Part shown: in pieces, positions 11,376 through 23,928 of the stretch | Numbering within the stretch: position 1 is the stretch's first letter | Layout: each line of letters starts with the position of its first letter | Source: Takakia lepidozioides | Lineage: Eukaryota > Plantae > Bryophyta | NCBI GenBank assembly: GCA_030704615.1 | Contig: CM060731.1 | Span: 90,458,001 to 90,522,000, forward strand | Reading direction: 5' to 3' | DNA: 64,000 bases | Notes under the pieces: generated by a model | The model's input: the letters and a program-made list of their open reading frames with translations, nothing else | What the model was told of the DNA's origin: nothing | Database searches by the model: none | Program-made: the position numbers and the translations under genes

Positions 11376-11895
11376 GCTAAAGTAAAAAATTCAATATGCA
11401 TCTCAGGGCCAAGTCTTATGAGAGGGAAAAACAGGCTGAAATAGGTCAAAGAAGAAGCTGCCCTCACCACATTGTCCTTGACCTTGTGTGATGATCCATG
11501 GAGGATTTGACCGACCATCACCTCTTGTGTGTGCTACTTGTGTACCCTCCCAAGAACCTGGTAAACATCAGGAAGAATACGCACAGGAGCCAAGAGCGCG
11601 TAGCAAAAGTGGGAGCGGCAGCGAGTACCAACAGGAGCCAAGAGCACGCAACAGAAGTGGTAGAAGGTGCGCGCAACGGATGATAGGGCTTAGTGAGGCG
11701 GAAAAAAAATCGACGCAAAAGGATTTGAGCACGCGATGTCGCGGCGGGTAAGTAGAGACCTTACCAGTACGCTACATACAAACATATGTAGCTTGCCCCC
11801 AAATATATATATATATATATATATATTACGAATTCTTCAGCCCCTTTCTATATACATAGTCTGTATGTGGGGGTATTAAATTACCCCCCTTCTGT

Positions 11896-14800
11896 TCACG
11901 CACGTGATAGGTACATTAAACCTTGGTGCACCCCCCCAGGAGGAGAGAGGGGGGTGTCCGGAGGGGGACGCCCATGAGAGTTATGGGAGGCTTTGATCTG
12001 TTGGAGTATTGAGGGAGTTGGGGCTGTTCTAAATTCAGGGAGGAGGTCTTGCTGGTTATGTAGGAAGAGTGAGCATGGGAAGTCGCAGTTAAGAGTACAA
12101 GAGGCTGTTGGGTGACAGAAGAGGGAGCGGAGGTGTATCAGATACCTACATGTTTTGATAGTGGCACGTGAATGTTTCAAGGTGAATTGACTTGGAGTTA
12201 AAAACCGAACACCGGTGGCTGTGGTGAGTTGGGTGAGGCTAGATATATGACGTGCTTTGAAGTAGGCGAGGATGAGTTTCTTTTGTCGTGGGTGTGAGGT
12301 TTCAAATTGTGAGAGAAATGGGCTGTTGAGCCAAGCACGTTCAAGTGGTGAAATAGTGTTTGGGTAACCTGGTAAGTCAGTTTGTACGCTAATCTTCATT
12401 TGGCGTAGGATGAACAGTGTACGGGCGGTGGGGGAGTGGAGGCAGGATTGGGGCTGGAGAGTGGGGAGGGAGTAGAATCCATTATATTTAGCAGCCAGGT
12501 GCTTAAGGAGCCCTCTGAAAATTAGTCCTAGGCGACCAGGGTCGTTGAGGGCTTCTTGAAGTTGTGAGCCTAGGGTGCGGGCATATGAGATAATCAGGGG
12601 GCTAGATCCGATTCCATAGCTATCTTGGGGAAGCTGAGTGAGGACGTTTGGGGTGCTAGTGGTTAGACCACATATTCATTTGGTGAGTTGGATAATCTTT
12701 TTGTCGAGTTGTTTGATGTCGGGTAGAGAGAAGGGAGCTGCGTGAAAGGCGTATTGGACTTGTGGATTTTCAACTTTTTGGATGATAGCTAGTTTGGGGC
12801 AGATGGAGACTGGGATTTGAGCAAGGCTATGCTTTTGTCGGTTAATTTAGAAAATGTGGTGCTTTTCTGTATATGCCAGGTGAAGGAGGGGACCAGTTGT
12901 ATGCCCAGATAAGTGTAAGGCTCATCTGGGCCTAGGAAATGGAAGGGTTTTTGTTGGTAATGTATGTGGAGTTTACAGTGTGATGCAATCGTGGATTTTG
13001 TGAGCTTATTGTGGTGAGTGGCAGCAGTGACTGCGCATTTGTGAAAGCTTAGCTCCGTACCCGCCCACTGGTTAAAGCGGGATAGCTTGTCCACCTGTCA
13101 GTTGAGATGTTGAGGTTTGTGTGCAAGAATGGCAAGGTCATCAGCGGAAAATTGCTGGAAGATGTTTTGTATTGATAGCCAAGGTTACCACGGGCCAGCC
13201 AACGCAACAAGGGTTCAAGGAAGATGATAAAGAGGTAGGGGCTCAGTGTGTCACCTTGAATGGTGCCACGTTGTATAGGGATAGGAGGGGGTGGAGCCAT
13301 AGTATGATCCGGAGTATTCGGTGATACTGTTGGTGTAGATGTTACCAATGAGTTGAATAGCATCTATAGGGTATCCTAGATCCGCCATTATAGCCAGCAA
13401 GCGGGGATGGTCCACGGATCCGAAAGCATTTTTGAAGTCGCGGATAGTATGGTAAATATTGAGATGGGAGGTCCATTCACGTTTCTTGGTCCTGGTGAGG
13501 TACCCCCCGTTTTGTTTTGAGCGTGCGGTTTGGGGGAGGTAAGGAGAGGTGGAGCACGTGGCTAATACACTTTTAGTCATTTCTTGTATTGTAGATGTGA
13601 GTGTGATCTTTGCTTCAATCCATGTAGCATCGGGGGATATCTGTAGGTTGGTATCACAGAGTATGTGGGATAGTTTATGTATGAAGTGTGCGGAGACTGG
13701 GTGGAAATGCTTTTGGAATGTCTGAATGTTACAGTAAGATATAAGTGAGAGAATTCTTGGGTGAGGGGGAGGGGAATGTACATCGGGGATGGACGGAAGG
13801 GAATAAGGGAGGACGAGAGAGAGACAGAGATCGGATAGTGGTCCGAGTTGCATAGACTATTGATGTGAACGTAACTACGAAGGTATGTCGGGGTTACGTT
13901 ACAGGTTTTGAGGTAGAATCCGTCCAATAGGCTTAAGGAGGAGTAGTTAAGACCACCTTGTCTGGAGTAATGGTAGTCCGCATGGATGTATTGGAATTGC
14001 AAGTGCTGGATGAATCGGGCCCATTCGTGGTCCACTGAGGATGGGGGTTTGTGGGTACCGTTGTGTGAGTGGCCTAGCAAAGCAATGTCCCTGTTAAAAT
14101 CCCCTGCCAATATGATATGATGATGTTGGTTATCTGGGTGCAGGGTGGTTGTTTGAGAGATAGTGTTTAATATGTCGGGTATGAGGGGTAGGTCATCTGT
14201 ATGTGACGACATATAGAGATGTATGAGGGTGATAGGGCATAGTGCTGGAGGATGTAGTTGGATAATTTGGAGGTGAGATTGGAGAGGAATGGGTACAGTT
14301 ATTTTTGTGATGGTGCTGGGAGAGTGATGTGTATGGAGAATACCTAGTGCAACCCCCCCCCCCCCCCTAGTGGATTTGTATGGTGCCGAGTGGCGTAAGG
14401 GGCATTGCTGGGCAGTCAGGGGGTTGCCATATAAGAGGTAGTAATCGGGTAATAGTTTATTTATGTAAGAACTGCTAGTATTACTGTTGTGTAATTTGGT
14501 TTCTTGGAGGAGGAATATATGTGGTTGTGAAGAGTTGGTGAAAAGATGTAGTAGGCTTTGTATACTAGTAGCCAATGACCCCACATTCCAAGAAGTGATG
14601 GTGAGTGCGCCGTTGTGGGTGTCGGGGGTGGTGGGGGGTGTGGTGGAAGAGGGGGCGGGTGGGGGTTCCGCAATTTGGGGTGCTATGGTAGGGGGATCAT
14701 ACCCGGGTATCGGGGTGACTGCTTTGAGTGTGGCAGAGAGGCTGTCAATAGAGAGGAAGGGGAATTTATTGGTAAATGAGGTGGTGGTCCTGATCCGTCG

Positions 14801-15500
14801 TGGTTAAAGTTGCTAGATGGTCTCCAAGGACCTTGTGTATAACCCCAGTTTTGGAATTTAGGAGATTGAGGGAGTTGTGGATCTCTGATAAGTAGTGGGG
14901 AGGGGCCAAGTAATTGTGGGCGAGTGGAGGCAGCTTTTGTAATTGGCGGAGGAGGGAGCGGACTCGGGAGGTGGAGTGGGAGTAGAGATACCCATTGCAT
15001 GTCTCTGGGAGAGGGCCGGAAATGAGGATGATAAGGGAGAAGAGAAGGTGTGATGTGGGAAAAGTTTTGAGGTTCTGGAGGGTTTTAGAGAGAGCTAGGT
15101 AGCAGTTGGAAGGAAGTCCAAATGTCGTGATTTGTTGTGTGGGTATATGGTCAGTGGGTTGGTCGCGTGGAAAAAAGGGGGTGAAGTGGTCTTTGAGATG
15201 GCGGTAGTAGTGTGTGAGTGACAAAGTGTCCGGCTGGAAGTATAGAGAGTATCTTTCTTGGGAGTTCGTGGAGAGTTCCATGATAATATTGCTAATAGTG
15301 ATAGGCCATGGGTTTGGATGTATATCGCCACATCGTAGCAATATTAGGTTTAAGCATGCATTGTTGTATGCGATATCTGGTGTGGGGGGGTGATGGTAGT
15401 AGTGTTTGGATTTGTTTAATGATAGATGGTATCGGCCATGAGGCCTGTGGGTGAGGGGTTGGTGGTTTCTATAGGCGAGTATCAAAGGTCTACATGGCAA
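11896..15500 (-). mobile_element. Non-LTR retrotransposon copy A (Dualen/RandI-like): APE endonuclease, internally deleted RT, 3' truncated
   Basis: APE motifs SWNV, LLQETKL, GGVAL, LAGDFN, LDGF, SDHYPI at 14600-13830. A deletion junction at ~13440 joins the linker to DFKNAFGS. RT motifs RGTIQGDTLSPYLF and YTYLGI. Homologous to 15530-18050. Confidence 0.9.
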
Positions 15501-16126
15501 ATAAGGTGTAGCGGGGTGCCGCTCCCCTGGACCTGCCCCAAACCTCCCGCTCTAAACAAAACGGGGGATATCTTACCCGTTCACAAAAGCGGGCCTGGAC
15601 CTCCCACCTAAGCACCTATCACACTATCCACAGAGCTCTCACCGTTATTCCTAACTCTTCCACCCTCCCACTACACAGAGACTGGCGTTCGATCCCCGTA
15701 TCTCATGCCTAAACCCCCTGTCTGTCTGCAGCCCGATCATGCCCCCTCCCAACGACCCCTCCAACCTTCCTAGCTGGATTGCTGCCCTCTCCAAGCTGGG
15801 GATCAGAGACACTAAAAAAGCCGCCTACGTTATTACTAAACAAAAAGCCACGGCTGATTAAAAAAAAAAAAAAAAAAAGTTTCATCCTTTGGCCAATTAC
15901 TACATGACCACCCCAAAAAAGCCCATAAAGCTATTTTCAACCCTGCTCTAAACCCACCCATTGACTAACTGCTTTCCACCCCTCATGACATAAACAATGA
16001 AATATGGATTCAAGCCTCATCCTCCTATACTCCCACACTACGAACTGCCTGCACCCTATCGTATACACCCCTGACTACGTATGTAAAGTCCGCCACTACC
16101 CCTAGCACGATTTAGACAGCTTTTCA

Positions 16127-17713
16127 TTGGAGAACTGTGGTTCTCCATCAGACCTCATCCATGACGCCTTCACTCTTGATATCTTTGAATCCTGCCTCAA
16201 AGCCCTTCCCAAAGCTAAAGCCCCTGGCCCTGATTTGATTCCAAATGCTATTCTACAAGCTCTCGACCCTGTACTTCACTTCCTCCTCTTCAAATTCTTT
16301 ACACTTTGCTACCAACTCCACCGGATCCCACACACATGGAAGCATAGCCGCACCATTCTCCTCTTCGAGAAAGGCGACCCTACGGGTCTTAGCAACTACA
16401 GACCCATTGCTCTCGCTAACACTATCTATAAACTATTTACCAGCACCCTTACCAAGATGTTGTCCAACTATGGTGAACACCACCGCATTCGTAGCGACCC
16501 GCAAGAAGGCTTCCGCGCCACGCGTAGCACTACCAGACAAATACAATATGTGTTATCCGCCCTAGAGGACGCCAAACTCACAAAACAAGATATATATCTC
16601 CTATATATCGACTTCAAAAATATTTTCGGCTCCTTAGACCACCCGCGTCTACTCGCCATTATGACAAACCTAGGTTACCCATCAGATGCGATACAACTTA
16701 TCGACAATATTTACACTAACAACTCCACGGAATATACAGGCTCATATTATGGTTCCACCCCTCCCATCCCGATTCTACGAGGTACTATCCAAGGCGACAC
16801 CCTTACTCCTTATCTCTTTATCATCTTCCTTGAACCTTTGCTCAGATGGATTGCACACGGCAAACTTGGATACCAATACAAAACTTCCTCAAACGAAATT
16901 TCTACTGCCGCTTACGCGGATGACCTTGCCATCCTTGCGCACAAACCCCAACACCTCAACCGGCAAGTTGAAAAACTATCACGCTTTAACCAATGGTCTG
17001 GAATGGAATTAAGTCTTCATAAATGCGCCGTCACCGCAGCTACCCACCGCAGTAAGCTTACCAAATCTTTTATTGCGTCAAACTGCAAACTATACATCCA
17101 ATACCAGATCAATCCATTTCCCTTCCTAGGCCCGGATGAACCCTACACATACTTAGGTATTCAACTTGTCCCCTCGCTCACATGGCACATGCAGAAAATT
17201 GCCACACTCATCAAACTAACTAATAAAAGTTTGGCTCTCCTCAAAGCCCCCATAGCCATCAGGCCCAAACTCTCCCTCATAGAATCCGTCCTAAAACCAC
17301 AGGTCCAATACTCCTTCCATGCGGCTCCTTTCTCCCTTCCTGACATCATCCAAATCGACAGACAAATCATCCAACTCACTAAGCGCATTTGTGGTCTCCC
17401 AACTAGCTCTCCCAATGCCCTCACTCAACTCCCCACGGACAGCTATGGCATCGGTACTAGTCCCTTAATAATATCATACTCGCGCACTCTTGGCTCTCAA
17501 CTACTCGAAGCCCTCAACGACCCGGGTCGTCTAGGTCTCATCTACCGTGGGCTACTCAAACACCTGGCCTCCAAGTATAATGGACTCCACTCACAATCTT
17601 GCCTTCATTCCCCTACCGTCCGCTCCCTATTCATACTCCGCCAGATGAAGACCAGTGTGCAAACCGATCTCCCTGATTACCCCAAATCCATATGTCCCCT
17701 CGAACAGGCCTGA
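16127..17713 (+). pseudogene. Non-LTR reverse transcriptase domain
   Basis: KAPGPD, NYRPIAL, QEGFR, LYIDFKNIFGS, RGTIQGDTLTPYLF, AYADDL, YTYLGI. Confidence 0.97.
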
Positions 17714-18282
17714 CATACTAGCCCTTTTCTCTCCCAATTCGAACGCAAGTTCCCCCGCCAAAAGATACTTATCATCAAATATTTCAAAGGATGACTCATC
17801 ACGACCCTCACCCAACTCACCACCGCCACCGGCAACCGCCTCTTGACCCCCCCAGAATTCACCCTTAAATACTCTAGAGCCACTGCCAAAACCTGCAGAT
17901 TCCTTAACCACCTCTGTAGCCTATTCTGTGACCTATCGGCCTCATGCACCCTTGAGTGTGACCTACCCTGTCTTCTTTTCCCCCACAGTCCACAGGATCT
18001 ACTTCCCGCTTTTCGTACCGCCCATGCCCCCTCTATCCTACAAATGCTTAAATCCTCTCATGCCGAGGATACTGGTACCATCGACACCCTCCCCTGTGCC
18101 ACATCCCACTCCCCCTCCTACTCCTCATCGCATACCCAGACCCCTAGTCGCCCATCACCCCTTCACTTGCACACTCAACCCCCCCCACCCTCTCCCTACT
18201 TCTTACAGCACCGAGGATAACATAATTCCCCCCTCCCCCCCGTCGTGTTCTCCCACTCTCAATGCCGCTCCTAACAACTCCA

Positions 18283-18435
18283 TTACCTTCATCATTGAAG
18301 ACATTCTCGGGGTCAGAACCCAGACATCAACTGACGCGTTTGGCGCTTCATGTCTGGATACGTACTACCTTTGCAAATGGGGCAGTTTTTCCTCAGATGA
18401 CAACACTTGGCAAATTGAGGACGACCTCTTTGGTT
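18283..18435 (+). pseudogene. Chromodomain-like segment in the LINE ORF
   Basis: FIIEDILGVR...YYLCKWGSFSSDDNTWQIEDDL fits Y.VE.IL..R...YLVKW.GY....NTWEPE..L. Confidence 0.75.
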
Positions 18436-18919
18436 CACACGATGATTGTGACCCCATCCACAACCTCACCCTCCTTACTGCGTTCCATAAACGTACCAAC
18501 ATTAACTACCTGGTCAACACACACTCACCAACAACTTGTCTCCCAGGCACAACTCACAAATGCCCGCAACATTCCCTACCCGCTCGTCAATCCTTACATC
18601 CACATCAACACTACCGAATGTAACCCTGATAAAGACATTGCCCACGACTCCCCCTTAATCTGTCAGGGCCCTCAATGGTAAAAAATCTACGCCCATAACG
18701 GCCGATACATTGGCAAAATCCCCAATGATCGGTTAGCGTGGCTCTGGCATAAATACTCTACATACCAGATACTGCCACCCAGAGAAGATTTCGCTACTGA
18801 AATCTGCTGGATATTAGACCGCTACCTTAAGGACATCCCCTCCAAAAACCCCGCGTCCAATCCAAACTAATTCAAGCGCACACTCATAGTACTATCCCCA
18901 GAGAATTATCTAGCCTTCT

Positions 18920-19170
18920 AATATCCTTCTTCCAACTTACTCACTCCTAATACTCTAGCCCACTCACGTGCCCCATGGAACTTACCTCATATGCTAGCCC
19001 ACACCATAGAGACTACATCTTTGGCGCCACTGGTCTTGCCACCCAGCATAGGTGGTCCGATCGCGGCTTTGCTCACCCTCCTGACTCCCAAATACAAGAA
19101 GCCCTCCAATGGGTTCGTACCGCTGCCCACTCCTCCCCTTCTGCCTGTATCATTCTCCTACTTACACAAC
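18920..19170 (+). pseudogene. PCIF1/CAPAM-like adenine methyltransferase-fold segment in the LINE ORF
   Basis: LISFFQLTHS*YSSPLTCPMELTSYASPHHRDYIFGATG...GFAHPPD...SACIILLL aligns by eye with the PCIF1 pattern FASPLNC..YCS..D..FGS.G...ANPPF...FIVFIP. Confidence 0.6.
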
Positions 19171-19599
19171 AAAGGCCTCCAGACAACCCCACCCCTCTTC
19201 TACAACTCCCCCCTAGCGTCACCCTTCTAGCCACCTTTGAACCAAACCAACTACTATATGAACCAGCCCTCCCCTCCCCTAAATACCTCCGACGCTTAGA
19301 ACCCACCACTACATCACTACTATTTGTCCAACACACCCATCCCACCTCCACGCCCATTACCCTCCCCTCTACCTTACACCACTTACTCGTATGCACATGG
19401 GGGCTGAAAGACTCCATTACCCCCAACACACATCCTCTTCCCTCTACATCTTGCTCCTTACCCATCATGTTTCCCAGAGTCAACCCAAGCAAGGCCTGGA
19501 TAAGGGCGTTACCGCGCCCTCCTCCTGCCCCCCTCCCGCCCCCTACTGACCCACCGGTCTCACACCTACGTCTGCCGCTCAAATTCTCTCTTTCACACT

Positions 19600-19990
19600 C
19601 CCACTATACAGATGGCTCCCAATCCGGCTCTAACGCTGGCTATGGTGTTTTTCACGCTGCTAATAACCGTGGGGTAGCTCTTAGACTTCCAGGCCCAGCC
19701 ACTATATTACGCGCTGAGCTTATGGCAATCTTTGAAGCACTCTCCCAGCTGCCCTCCTTCTCCCCCCCCATACTACACTTTCACAGACAGCCTTATCTCA
19801 CTATTTCTTCTTCGCAACCACCTCTCCAGCCCCTCATGCCACCTCCACCACCCAGACCGGAACCTCATTGCAGCTATCATTAACCGTGCGGCTTCCATTA
19901 ATCAACCCATACACTTTCTCAAAGTTCGCTCCCGCACTGGTATCACCGGTAACGAAAATGCAGATCTCCTCACCCAGGCGGGGGCCGCCC
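19600..19990 (+). pseudogene. RNase H domain
   Basis: YTDGS, RAELMAI, (fs) FTDSL, KVRSRTGITGNENADL. Confidence 0.92.
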
Positions 19991-20205
19991 AACCCCCACT
20001 GGATCCCACGGCCGACCCCATCCATATTGCTCACACTCACCCATTCTGGCTAATTCACCCAGTACTAGGACCCCCTACTACCAAGCCCATACGTAACCTC
20101 AAATCCACTCTCACACGCGAAGCACACAAACAAGCCTCAAGCTCTACCAGCCATACCAAAGCCCATATCCAAAAATAGACACAATCTACAGTTCTTCACC
20201 ACAAA

Positions 20206-21036
20206 TTGTCAAACTACTTTTGGCACACCAAGACTGTCACCGACGCGCAAATCCGCCAAACACTCCAATTTTGTTACGCCCAATACATGGGACACCAACG
20301 CAAGCACACTTTCTGGCCACGCCTATTCCCATCCCCCAACTGCCCATTATGCTCACACACACATACACTACGTGACACCTGGCCCCACCTCCTCAGTCAG
20401 TGTACTCACCCTGTTATACATGGTCTCCACGTCACTCGCCACAATCACACAGTTTGGCACATCCATAAACTTCTCATGTCCAGATCAGAAACCAGATGGT
20501 TCTCACTCATCAATGCTGGCACCTACCAAGGCCGACCCCCTGACCACATTGTCCCTTGTTGGATATTTCTGTGTACTTGTCATCACTCACCCTGTACCTG
20601 TCCCTCTCAACTCTGTCTGGATACCCTACTTGTCCAAGGCTTACCCATCAATGCCCCGCTACCCACTTCCTCTTCCCCGGAACTAACCATTCACTTCGTT
20701 GAATTCATATACTGTCATGACCGATACCCAGCCCCTTTCACCCTAGAGAAACGACAAAAATATGCCTCCCTCATCCTCGCCATCTGCCAACGTGGGTGGC
20801 GCACCGGGCCCCTATCAGTTATCACAGTCGATACTAGAGGTGGGATTCATACCGCCAGTATAAACGCGTTACACAACAATCTTAAAATCCCTATCCCCCC
20901 GATCTACAAATGCTTTAAAACCATCCACCTCATTGTGCTTCGATCCCTCACTGCCATCATCACCAATAAGCGACAACTCAAGTCCAACCCCTCTATGGTA
21001 CCTCAGGGTACCCTGGGGTACCCCCGGGTATCCTAG
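20206..21036 (+). pseudogene. CCHC Zn knuckle plus restriction-like (PD-(D/E)xK) endonuclease
   Basis: CPLC..DTWPHLLSQC, RHN, (P>L)DTLLV, IHFVEFIYCHD, EKRQKYASL, GW, ITVDTRGGIH: the R2/CRE/Dualen-type RLE pattern. Confidence 0.8.
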
Positions 21037-21109
21037 GCACCGCTACCCTACTTACTACCTCCCCCTGGTTACTCGGTGTCCCCTGGACACCTGTTTTATT
21101 TATAGGGCC

Positions 21110-22380
21110 CACCCCCGATAGGGGGCAGTAGCCGTGAGGCGAAGTGGCTCTTTGTTACGCCGGCTTTTGGCCGGAGTCTTCTCTCTAGCGAGGTGCTAAG
21201 GGTGAAGAATTTAAGATGAGATATGGTATGGCTTGTAGAAATTGAGTGGGTAGGGGAGATATATTGGGCATATAGCGGTTGGTGGGTTTGATAGTCATAC
21301 CATGATTGAGAAGTGGGTTGGGGTAGATGGGGTGACAGCCGCGGATGAATAAATGTAGATTGAAGTAGATGGGGTGGCAACCACAGATGAATAATTGTAG
21401 ATTGGGGTAGATGGGGTGGCAGCTGCGGATGAATATTTGTGGATGAGAGTGTGGGTGGGGGTATCAGTGTAGGGATGGAGAGGGGGTTAGCTATGGCCAG
21501 GAGATGGCCACTGGGCGGTCTGGGTAGGAGAGTGTCTTTGAGTTTGACATATGGAGTGGGGTTCAAGAAAAAGTTGATTGTTCTCCTATAGAGCGAGTTA
21601 AACAGTCTGTTAGCTGGGTGAGTGGATGAGTGTCTGGCTGGCTGGATGAACATCCCCGTTCAATCGACGAGCGTGGGTTTTCGTAGAGGGAGTACTGTTG
21701 TATTATTATAGATAGGTGGCTGTGAACAGGTATTAACAGGTATGGGGTGTGGGGGTTTATGTGAGAGAGACCGTTGGATGTGCATGGGTGCATGTGTAGT
21801 TTGGCAAAATTATGCTGTGTCATCGTGGAAATGTGTGAACAAATGAATCAAGGTGGGAGAGATAAGTGTCGGTGGGGAATGGGAGCAGAGTCCCAAGGCA
21901 GCCCCCTGACTGGAGTATCATGAATAAGAGGTCTACATATAAAATGATTGGACCTCAGTGTGGGGAGGGGGAATGAACGTATGAGTGGCAGTGGACAGAG
22001 AGAGCATTGGGACAGAGAAAAATTGGAGATCATAATTGGATCCTAGCTTTGAAGTGTTTTATATATAAAAGCTGAAGAGCCCTGACTGCCAGTCATTGGA
22101 ATGATATAGTGTAAGATTCCAATGAGGGCAAGCCAGAGAATCATGAAGTGGGGTGCCAACACATGGAAGTGTGGCATAGTGTATCATGGTAGCAGGGTAA
22201 TGAAATAGCATTGGTGAGTGATACATGGGCTGTTTGATGTTGGTAGCCTGGGAGTGGGCAATCCAACATCCCATGGTATTAACCAGATAGCGTGTAGAAG
22301 GGCATATAGTTTGACAAAGCAAAGAGTATAGTTTATGAATCCAAAGTGATGGTGGGGGGCTGCATTTTAATCACGCCTAT
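21110..22380 (-). mobile_element. Probable 5' portion of LINE copy A, displaced by insertion of copy B
   Basis: Same C/A-rich minus-strand bias and H/P/T/S-rich ORFs as 15500-11900. No diagnostic domain and no TSD found. Confidence 0.4.
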
Positions 22381-23249
22381 GCGCGGAAGGCAGCGGGTTG
22401 TTGTAACAACTTTGGTGTGATACCCCGCTCTCCTCGGTAATTGTGGCTACATGAACAAGAAGCAAACGAGGCGTGGCGAGTAAGTGAGAGAGGGTGAGAG
22501 CCTATTTCCATGTAGACCCGACCCATTCCAATGACATCATCGTTGGAATGGGCTTGATCAAGGGCCTGACCGTTGACTTGGACGGGTCCGTCCATGTAGC
22601 CACCCGATCTCCCAAGAGGAGCCGGTTGCCTTGCCCGGTCTCCTTCTTTCACGCGTGTGTGCTTCACCCGTTCCAAGCGTGCTTCAAACACAAGAGAGAC
22701 CTGCTCGGCAAGTGACCGACATGCTATAACAGGTGAAAGTCAAAGATCGGGACCCGATCTCCTAACTTCCAGCTTTTCACGGAGAGTTGGGAGATCGGAC
22801 CCGAGATAGGGTTTGGGTCCGAGTTTTGCACATAGAAGTGCCCGGCGGACGTTCAAAACCCGATCATGACATCATCTTTTGGTCGGGTTTGACCACATGG
22901 AAGGACACCCTGAGAAGCAGCGGGGAGGAAGAGAGCATCCGGATGGCAGTGTTGGGAAGAGAACTCGTCGCTGGCGAGTTAGTCGTGGAAAGAATAGCGG
23001 CGGCACTAAACTGCGAGGTAATGAAGACAAGAAAACTAAAGTATTGGCGGAACGCTGGGAGGATAGTCATAACTAAAATCGTAGCTAGAACCCTCAAAGA
23101 TGTGGCAAGAGGGGCGGAGCTCTGCCCCATCGCGCAGGACATTAACTCTCATGTCGTGGCAAGACATCTCTCTATTGAGATAGATAGAATTCGTGAGACG
23201 AAGGGCTATGGATGGGCGTACAACCGGTTTGGTAGCCGGGCCAGACCCC

Positions 23250-23716
23250 ACCACCAGTATCGACATCTCGGTCTCCTGGCCTTGTACCTGATCCACCACC
23301 GGCCGACGTTCCTACATGTCCTCCCGAGCTTGTACCTGCTGCACCATCTCTTGCTCCATGTCCACCATCTGCTCTCCTTCTATCTGATTGACCACCCGCC
23401 GATGTTCCCACATCTCCTCCTGGCCTTGTACTTGCTCCACCATCTCTTTTCTTGTACCTGATCCACCACCGTCGAACGTTCCCACATCTCATCCGGGCCT
23501 TGTATTTGCTCTACCATCTGATCCTGATCCATGTCCACGTTCTCTGTGTGCCTGATCCAGTACTACCAGTGGTAGTCAACGCTCCCACATCTCTTCCCCT
23601 TGTACTTTCTTCCACACCTCCTGATCCATTCCCACCATCTCTTCCCATTCCACCACCTCCAATTGTAGCTGCAACACCCCCACCTTCTGTAGCATCCCAC
23701 CCTCCCCTCCCGCTCC
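23250..23716 (+). repeat. Degenerate Pro-rich coding repeats (VPDPPP.DVPT..P.LV), upstream part of the SET-domain gene interrupted by MULE-A copy 2
   Basis: Repeated gtacctgatccaccacc and ccttgtac units. The second SET gene has a similar Pro-rich upstream region (34600-34200). Confidence 0.55.
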
Positions 23717-23928
23717 TGGGGGTTGCTATTTCATGAGCGGCATGAGCATGAGCGGAAAAAAAAAAAAGCATGAGCGGGCCGAATTGTGTCCACGGAAATA
23801 GGGTTAGGAGGCACGGAAATAGGGTCATGTGGACTCGTCATAGCAATGAAATGCAACATTTTATTGCAAATTTGGTGGCAAGCCACATCTATACAAGTGT
23901 GTCCTAACTGTCATAGCAGGAATGGGAA

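Larger units (their letters stand above)
15530..21100 (+). mobile_element. Non-LTR retrotransposon copy B (5' truncated): RT - chromodomain - PCIF1-like - RNase H - CCHC - RLE
   Basis: Begins in the post-APE linker (RSKQNGGYLTRSQKRAWTSHL, matching copy A RSKQNGGYLTRTKKREWTSHL). Domains listed separately; several stops and frameshifts. Confidence 0.92.

Noticed and set aside
21110-22380. Josephin-like protease expected in Dualen elements
   Set aside because: No convincing catalytic motifs were found by eye.
633-23790. The 568/23718 duplication as LTRs of one giant retroelement or a segmental duplication
   Set aside because: Similarity starts exactly at the TIR and copy 2 has its own right TIR and TSD, so these are independent DNA-transposon copies.
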